Of a stretch of DNA of 59,872 nt, positions 54,405-59,872 are shown piece by piece. The stretch is taken from positions 1 to 59,872 of the forward strand of contig DASRVA010000183.1 in the NCBI GenBank assembly GCA_035687745.1. Reading direction: 5' to 3'. Source of the DNA: Gemmatimonadota bacterium (GTDB taxonomy: Bacteria > Gemmatimonadota > Gemmatimonadetes > JACCXV01 > JAHWKZ01). Numbering within the stretch: the first letter of the stretch is position 1; every line of letters starts with the position of its first letter. The notes below the pieces were generated by a model that worked only from the letters and a program-made list of their open reading frames with translations, ran no database searches and had not been told where the DNA came from. The position numbers and the translations under genes are program-made.

Positions 54405-54448
54405 CGATGGCTTGACGTTCCCGCCTCGGGAGGGCGACTCTTGCCCTC

Positions 54449-56263
54449 GTGAAGAGGCTGGTCCTCATTCTGCTTTCGATCGCGACGGCGGTCGCGGTCG
54501 TCCTCGTGGTCGGCTTCCTCCTGCTCCGGCCGCTCTTCGAGCGCGGCCCGGGGGCCGATTTCGACGCCCCGGGCATCCTCGCCATCGAGCTCGACGGCCT
54601 GGTGGTCGAGCGTTCGCCGCCGGACCTCCTGAGCGCACAGTTCGAGGGAGCGAGCCTCGAGCTCCACGACCTCGCGCTCGCGCTGGACCGGGCCGCCGCG
54701 GACGACCGGATCGCGGGCGTCTACCTGCACGTCGGGCTGCCGGGCTACGGGTGGGCGAAGGCCGAGGAGATCCGGGCCCGCCTCGCGAGCTTTCGGGAAT
54801 CGGGCAAGCTCGTGCACGCCTTCGTGGCCCCGACGAACGAGCTCGGATACTACGTCGCGCTGGCGGCGGATTCGGTTTTCCTCCTCCGCGACGGGATCAT
54901 GGAGATGAACGGTTTCCGGGCCGAGACCCCGTTCATCCGCGGGACCCTGCAAAAGCTCGGGCTGGACGCGCAGGTCGAGGCGATCGGGGTCTACAAGAGC
55001 GCGGCCGACATGTTCCGGCGCGACGCCATGACCGACGAGAGCCGCGAGGTGACGCGCGGGATCCTGGGCGAGCACTACGAGCGCTTCGTGAACGCCGTGG
55101 TGGAGACCCGCGGCGTGGACGCGGCCGCGTTTCGCGCCGTGTTCGACCAGGGCCTCTACCTGTCCCGCCAGCTTGCGGATCTGGGGCTGGCGGACGGCGA
55201 GCGGTACGCCGACGAGGTCCGCCGCCAGGCGATCGCGGCCGGTCGGGGCGCCGCGCTGGACGAGGTCGAGGACGACGAGCTGGAGAGCCGCTTCGTCAGC
55301 GTCCAGGCCTATGCGGACGACCTCCCCGACCGGCGCGGGCCGACCCAGGGCGAGGTCGGGTTGGTCTACCTGGTCGGCGCCATCACCGGGGGTGAGAGCC
55401 GGTACGATCCCGTCTTCGGTCGCGTGATGGGGGCCGAGACCGTCGTCGACATGCTGCGTGACGTGGCCGCGGACGAAGAGCTCGACGCGGTCGTGCTGCG
55501 GGTCGAGAGCCCGGGCGGCGACGCCATCGCGAGCGAAGAGATCTGGGCGTCGATCCAGGAGCTCTCGAAGGAGCTCCCCGTGATCGTCTCGATGGGCGAC
55601 GTGGCGGCCTCAGGCGGTTACTACATCGCGGCGGGAGGAGACCGGATCATCGCCGCGCCGACCACTCTGACGGGCTCGATCGGCGTCTTCGGCGTCCTCT
55701 TCAACGCCGAGGAGACGTGGCGCAAGCTGGGCGTCTCGTGGGACACCGTGAAGACCAATCCCGCGGCCGACTTCCCGACCATGACCCGGCCCCTCACCGA
55801 GACCGAGCGCGAGACCTTCCACGAGGTGATCGCCGACCTCTACCGGAGCTTCGTCGAGCGCGTCGCCGAGGGCCGCGGCATGACCGAGCAGGAGGTCGAC
55901 CGGGTGGGGCAGGGCCGCGTCTGGACGGGCGCCCAGGCCGTCGGCCAGGGCCTGGTCGACCAGGTGGGCGGGCTCGAGGCTGCGCTGGGGTTCGCCAGGG
56001 AAGAGGCCGGGCTCGAGGCCGACGCGCCGGTCGCCCTGCACGTGTACCCGGCCCCCGAGGGGCTGATGGAGCGGCTGCGGGACGCCTTCGCGTTGCGCTC
56101 GCTGGGCGAAGGCGGGTCGGAGCTCCGCGGCTCGGTCGAGCAGGTCATGGCGCGCGCCGCGCTCGTCCACCTGGCCGACACCGTCACCGGCCTGGCGGCC
56201 GCCCTGCGGGAGGGGCCGATGCGCCCGCTGGCCGTCCTTCCGTACGTCCCCGTGATCCACTGA
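54449..56263 (+). CDS. sppA: Signal peptide peptidase SppA, 67K type (S49)
   Basis: N-terminal TM, two S49 lobes, GVYKSAAD (Lys), RVESPGG, SMGDVAASGGY (Ser), TGSIGV, GQGRVWTG. Confidence 0.95.
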   Translation: MKRLVLILLSIATAVAVVLVVGFLLLRPLFERGPGADFDAPGILAIELDGLVVERSPPDLLSAQFEGASLELHDLALALDRAAADDRIAGVYLHVGLPGYGWAKAEEIRARLASFRESGKLVHAFVAPTNELGYYVALAADSVFLLRDGIMEMNGFRAETPFIRGTLQKLGLDAQVEAIGVYKSAADMFRRDAMTDESREVTRGILGEHYERFVNAVVETRGVDAAAFRAVFDQGLYLSRQLADLGLADGERYADEVRRQAIAAGRGAALDEVEDDELESRFVSVQAYADDLPDRRGPTQGEVGLVYLVGAITGGESRYDPVFGRVMGAETVVDMLRDVAADEELDAVVLRVESPGGDAIASEEIWASIQELSKELPVIVSMGDVAASGGYYIAAGGDRIIAAPTTLTGSIGVFGVLFNAEETWRKLGVSWDTVKTNPAADFPTMTRPLTETERETFHEVIADLYRSFVERVAEGRGMTEQEVDRVGQGRVWTGAQAVGQGLVDQVGGLEAALGFAREEAGLEADAPVALHVYPAPEGLMERLRDAFALRSLGEGGSELRGSVEQVMARAALVHLADTVTGLAAALREGPMRPLAVLPYVPVIH

Positions 56264-56297
56264 CGTTCCGTTCCGGGAGATCGGACGAGCCCTGACG

Positions 56298-57740
56298 ATG
56301 GTCGAGGACCGGGAGCTCGACGACCGGGGCAGGCTCGAGCTCGACCCGGACCGCATGCGCGAGCTGGGACACCTCGTGGTCGACCGTCTCGTCCATCACT
56401 GGGCCACCCTTCGCGATCAGTCCGCCGGCCGGCGCACGGGGCGCGAGGAGCTCGAAAGGCTCCTCCGGGAGCCGCCGCCCGAAGACGGCCGCAACCCCGA
56501 GCAGGTCATCGCCCGTGTCGAGACCGACGTGCTCGGACACATGGGGCGCGTCCACCACCCGCGCTTCTTCGCCTTCGTGCCGGGACCCGGCAACTGGATC
56601 GGCATCCTCGGCGACCTGCTCGCCACGGGGACGAACGTCTTCGCGGGAACGTGGTTCGAGGCTTCGGGACCGGCCATGGTCGAGATCGTGACCCTGGACT
56701 GGCTGCGAAGATGGTGCGGCCTGCCGGAGGAGGCCGGCGGCGTCTTCGTGAGCGGCGGATCGATGGCGAACCTGACGGCCCTCGCCGTCGCGCGGCGGGT
56801 CGCGCTGGAAGATCGGATCGCCGGCGCGGTCGCGTACTGTTCGGATCAGACCCATTCCGCCGTCGATCGCGCGTTCGCCGTCCTGGGCTTCGGGCCGGAT
56901 CAGGTGCGCCGCCTGCATTCGGACGACGAGTACCGGCTGTCGATCGCGTCCCTGCGCGAGGCCATCGCCTCCGACCGCGCGGCCGGACGGCGCCCTTTCT
57001 GCGTCGTGGCCAACGCCGGGACGACCAACACGGGCGCGGTCGACCCGCTCGTGGAACTGGCCGACGTTTGCGAGAACGAGGGGCTCTGGATGCACGCCGA
57101 CGCTGCCTACGGCGGCGCGGCCGTCCTTTGCGAACGCGGTCGGCGCGAGCTGGCGGGCCTGGAGCGATCGGATTCCATGGCGCTCGATCCTCACAAATGG
57201 CTGTTCCAGCCGTTCGAGATCGGCTGTGTCCTGGTCCGCGATCGGCAGTGGCTCCCGACGACGTTCCACGTCCTCCCGGACTACCTGCGGGATGTGGAGA
57301 CCAGTCGCGGCGAGGTAAACTTCGCGGACTATGGCATCCAGCTTACGCGCGGCTTCCGGGCGCTCAAGCTCTGGATGTCGATCCAGGTCTTCGGGGTAGC
57401 GGCGTTCCGGCGCGCGGTGGAACGCGGGTTCGAGAACGCGGAGCGGGCGGAGACTCTCCTTCACGACGCGGGGGTGTGGCGGATCGTTACGCCGGCACGG
57501 ATGGGAGTCGTGACCTTCACCTGGTCCCCGGGTGGCGTTCCCGACGCCGTGGCGCGCGAGGTGACCGTGGGCCTCGTCGAGGCGGCGCTCCAGGACGGGA
57601 CCACTCTCGTCAGCTCGACGGTCCTGCGTGGCGAGCCGGTTCTGAGGATCTGTGCGGTCAACCCGCGCACGACGCGCGAGGACCTGGAAATGTCGGTCAA
57701 ACGGCTGGGGGAGCTGGCCGAAGGACTGTGGCGAGCCTGA
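56298..57740 (+). CDS. Group II PLP-dependent decarboxylase (aromatic amino acid decarboxylase-like)
   Basis: HHPRFFAFVP, SGGSMANL, AGTTNTGAVDP, HADAAYGG, DPHKWL (PLP Lys), QLTRGFRALKLW. Confidence 0.93.
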   Translation: MVEDRELDDRGRLELDPDRMRELGHLVVDRLVHHWATLRDQSAGRRTGREELERLLREPPPEDGRNPEQVIARVETDVLGHMGRVHHPRFFAFVPGPGNWIGILGDLLATGTNVFAGTWFEASGPAMVEIVTLDWLRRWCGLPEEAGGVFVSGGSMANLTALAVARRVALEDRIAGAVAYCSDQTHSAVDRAFAVLGFGPDQVRRLHSDDEYRLSIASLREAIASDRAAGRRPFCVVANAGTTNTGAVDPLVELADVCENEGLWMHADAAYGGAAVLCERGRRELAGLERSDSMALDPHKWLFQPFEIGCVLVRDRQWLPTTFHVLPDYLRDVETSRGEVNFADYGIQLTRGFRALKLWMSIQVFGVAAFRRAVERGFENAERAETLLHDAGVWRIVTPARMGVVTFTWSPGGVPDAVAREVTVGLVEAALQDGTTLVSSTVLRGEPVLRICAVNPRTTREDLEMSVKRLGELAEGLWRA

Positions 57741-57782
57741 CGCGGAAGGGGGTCGTCGACGGCGGCGCATGGACCGGCAATG

Positions 57783-57791
57783 TGGTATACT
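57783..57791 (+). promoter_or_regulatory. Extended -10 promoter TGgTATACT
   Basis: 34 nt upstream of ATG 57826. Confidence 0.5.
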
Positions 57792-57825
57792 TGACCAGTA
57801 ATCCCACCCGATTTCACGCAGGAGG

Positions 57826-58329
57826 ATGAAAGTGGTCAACAGATTGGCAGTTGCTCTGGTCACACTGGCTGTCGCAGGGGCGTGTACCGCGCGGAGCGAT
57901 CAGGCCGCGGGTTCGGGCTCCGAGATGGGCAGCGCGACGCACTGGCACACGAAGGTCTACCGCACCGAGGGGGGCAAGGAGGCCGGCCAGAAGTCGATTG
58001 CCCACTCGAGCATGACGCGTCTCGACGACTCCCGGACGCGCGCATCGGTCACCCTGCCCGGGCTGCTCCCTTCGGGGACGTATGCGTGGGGCGTGTACGA
58101 GGGTTCGTGCGAGTCCCCGGGTCGCCTGATGGGCAGCGAGAGCGACTACCCCATGATCGAGCCTGACGATAACTCGATGGGGTCGTTCACCGCCGTGATC
58201 AACGACAACCTGACGGCGGACGGCAGCTACGCCCTGCAGATCTTCACGACGGGCGGAACGCGCGACACGCTGCTCGGGTGCGCCAAGCTCCGCGTCGGCA
58301 CCGAGGAAGACGCCGCGGACGAGGCCTGA
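57826..58329 (+). CDS. Lipoprotein, His-less paralog of 53931-54404
   Basis: ATG after GGAGG. Lipobox AGAC; YAWGVYEGSC...YALQIF...LLGCAKL. Confidence 0.72.
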   Translation: MKVVNRLAVALVTLAVAGACTARSDQAAGSGSEMGSATHWHTKVYRTEGGKEAGQKSIAHSSMTRLDDSRTRASVTLPGLLPSGTYAWGVYEGSCESPGRLMGSESDYPMIEPDDNSMGSFTAVINDNLTADGSYALQIFTTGGTRDTLLGCAKLRVGTEEDAADEA

Positions 58330-58336
58330 CCGGCCG

Positions 58337-59302
58337 CTAGGGCTCGAGCAGGACCTTTCCGGAAGTCTGCCGATTTTCGAGGAGGCGGTGCGCATGGGCC
58401 GCCTCCTCGAGCGGCAGGACACGATCGATCCACACCTCCAGCTTTCCATCCAGCGCCAAGCCGAAGACGTCCTCCGCATGACCGATGAGCTCGCCGCGGT
58501 CACGCGTGTAGTCGAACAATGACGCGGTCGTGAGGGTCCGGCTCCCGAGGACCTCGCGAGGACGGAACGGCTCCACGGGCCCGCTGGCCTGCCCGAACAG
58601 GACGACGTGGCCGCGGACCCGGGTCGCCCGGACCGTCCCCGAGAACGTGGCGCGCCCGACGCCGTCGATCGCGAGGTCCACGCCGCGTCCCTTCGTCCCA
58701 TCCAGCACGCGCTCCACGAAGTCCTCCTCGTCGTATCGGATGACGTGGTCCACGCCGAGAATCCGAAGCCGCTCCGCCTTCCCCGCCGATCCACACGTCC
58801 CGAAGACGGTTGCGCCCGCGAGCCTGGCCATCTGCACGGCCAGGTGACCCACGCCGCCCGCGGCGGCATGGACGAGGACGGTGTCGCCGGGTGCCAGCGG
58901 CCGGATCGTCCTGGTGAGGTAATGGGCGGTCATCCCCTGTAGGGGGAGCGCGGCTCCGAGCGTCGAATCGAGACCGTCGGGGAGCGGAAGCAGCCGCGCC
59001 GCGGCGTGGACGATCCGCTCGGCGTAGCCGCCGCGCGCGTCGGAGAACGCCACCCGGTCGCCCTCGGCCATCCCCCGGACCCCGGACCCGAGCCGCTCCA
59101 CCCGTCCTGCCCCTTCCTTGCCCGCGACGGCGGGCAGGGGCCCCGGGTCGTAAAGACCGCTCCGCAAATACGTGTCGATGTAGTTGAGTCCGGCCCGCTC
59201 GACCTGGACCCGAACCTCGCCCGGCCCCGGCTCGGGCACCGGGATCTCGTCGACCTGGAGAACCTCCGGCCCACCTGTTTGATGGAACCTCACCGCGCGC
59301 AT
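58337..59302 (-). CDS. qor: NADPH:quinone oxidoreductase (zeta-crystallin/Qor family)
   Basis: AGLNYIDTYLRSG, LQGMTAHYL, HAAAGGVG, FGQASG. Confidence 0.92.
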   Translation of the reverse strand: MRAVRFHQTGGPEVLQVDEIPVPEPGPGEVRVQVERAGLNYIDTYLRSGLYDPGPLPAVAGKEGAGRVERLGSGVRGMAEGDRVAFSDARGGYAERIVHAAARLLPLPDGLDSTLGAALPLQGMTAHYLTRTIRPLAPGDTVLVHAAAGGVGHLAVQMARLAGATVFGTCGSAGKAERLRILGVDHVIRYDEEDFVERVLDGTKGRGVDLAIDGVGRATFSGTVRATRVRGHVVLFGQASGPVEPFRPREVLGSRTLTTASLFDYTRDRGELIGHAEDVFGLALDGKLEVWIDRVLPLEEAAHAHRLLENRQTSGKVLLEP

Positions 59303-59311
59303 GGGAGGCGT

Positions 59312-59872
59312 CTAGCTGGAAACGAGGACCATTTCGCCGGTGGGCGCGTCCGTCCCGGGCTCCGGCTCCACCGTCACCGCGAGCGCGTCCACTCCCTCCA
59401 GCAGCGCGCGACCGGTGATCTCGAGCCGCGCGCGGCCCCCTTCCTCCGGGCGGAACGTGCCCGCCGCCCGTGGCGTCCCGTCGTGGATCGCCCACAGCTC
59501 GTAGACGTCGCCCGGTTGCAGAATCGGCAGGTCGTACGCGAACAGAAGGGCCCGCCCCGTCACCGGATCCAGGAACACGCGTGCGTGGGCCAGGGGCGCC
59601 GGGCCGGTGCCGGCGAGCGCCTGCACGCTCGACCCCGGTCCGCTGAGGAGATCGAGGTCCGACTGGAGGTCGGCCAGGCGGGCGGCGGCCGTGTCGGCCT
59701 CGGCGAGCCACGCTCGCGCCGCCTCGACCTCCCCGGCCAGCCGGTCGGCCCGATCCCGGAGCCGGAGGTTGGACACGCCGAGGAAGAGGGCCAGCGCGGC
59801 GGCGATGCCGGCCGCCGCCCAGGGCAGCCACGAACGCCCCCGGCGCGGGAGGGGCGTGACCGACGACTCGAC
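59312..59872 (-). CDS. RskA-type membrane anti-sigma factor, C-terminal part (5' end outside the window)
   Basis: TM helix WLPWAAAGIAAALALFLG, coiled coil, YELWAI...AGTF...AVTVEP...PTG. Confidence 0.88.
   Translation of the reverse strand, partial: VESSVTPLPRRGRSWLPWAAAGIAAALALFLGVSNLRLRDRADRLAGEVEAARAWLAEADTAAARLADLQSDLDLLSGPGSSVQALAGTGPAPLAHARVFLDPVTGRALLFAYDLPILQPGDVYELWAIHDGTPRAAGTFRPEEGGRARLEITGRALLEGVDALAVTVEPEPGTDAPTGEMVLVSS

Noticed and set aside
59312-59872. RskA-like anti-sigma as partner of the ECF at 7.5-8.1 kb
   Set aside because: It is a membrane-anchored type usually encoded right after its own SigK-like sigma, which would lie beyond the window edge. The soluble ZAS protein fits the SigH-like sigma better.
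1-59872. CRISPR arrays, tRNA/rRNA, IS elements, prophage or anti-phage defence systems
   Set aside because: None recognised by eye. EVE, Lhr, dynamin and VapBC are scattered among housekeeping-type neighbours rather than clustered as a defence island. Dedicated tools (tRNAscan-SE, Infernal, DefenseFinder) were not run.

Overview
High-GC (roughly 70% by eye) bacterial window of about 45 tightly packed CDSs. I saw no rRNA, tRNA, CRISPR array, transposase or phage gene. The gene style (TonB receptor with an N-terminal carboxypeptidase-regulatory-like domain, membrane cyclase-TolB_N-TPR receptors, many lipoproteins) suggests a diderm such as Gemmatimonadota; this is inference only. The main result is regulatory. 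The ECF-sigma-type promoter GGAACC-N16/17-CATT occurs 7 times between 7.4 and 32.4 kb, each time correctly oriented 25-112 nt upstream of a gene or operon. It ties together a 25-kb island containing a SigH-like ECF sigma factor with a coupled STAS protein, a sigma54 enhancer-binding protein with a good -24/-12 promoter in front of the ECF operon, a ZAS anti-sigma factor 20 kb away inside one target operon, alpha-glucan enzymes (GT4, GH57, GH63-like, debranching enzyme) and glucose-to-gluconate and redox genes (glucose dehydrogenase, GMC oxidoreductase, gluconolactonase, NDH-2, aquaporin, VOC protein, flavin disulfide reductase, DUF417). This looks like a self-contained general-stress regulon with a sigma54-to-ECF cascade. 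Other oddities: a trehalase reading in frame into a radical SAM gene across what looks like an intergenic promoter; two tandem receptor-like class III cyclases, one split at a TGATG stop/start junction; His-rich and His-less lipoprotein paralogs; a beta-barrel/cupredoxin pair; and an FZL-like dynamin. All family assignments come from motif recognition, not database searches.
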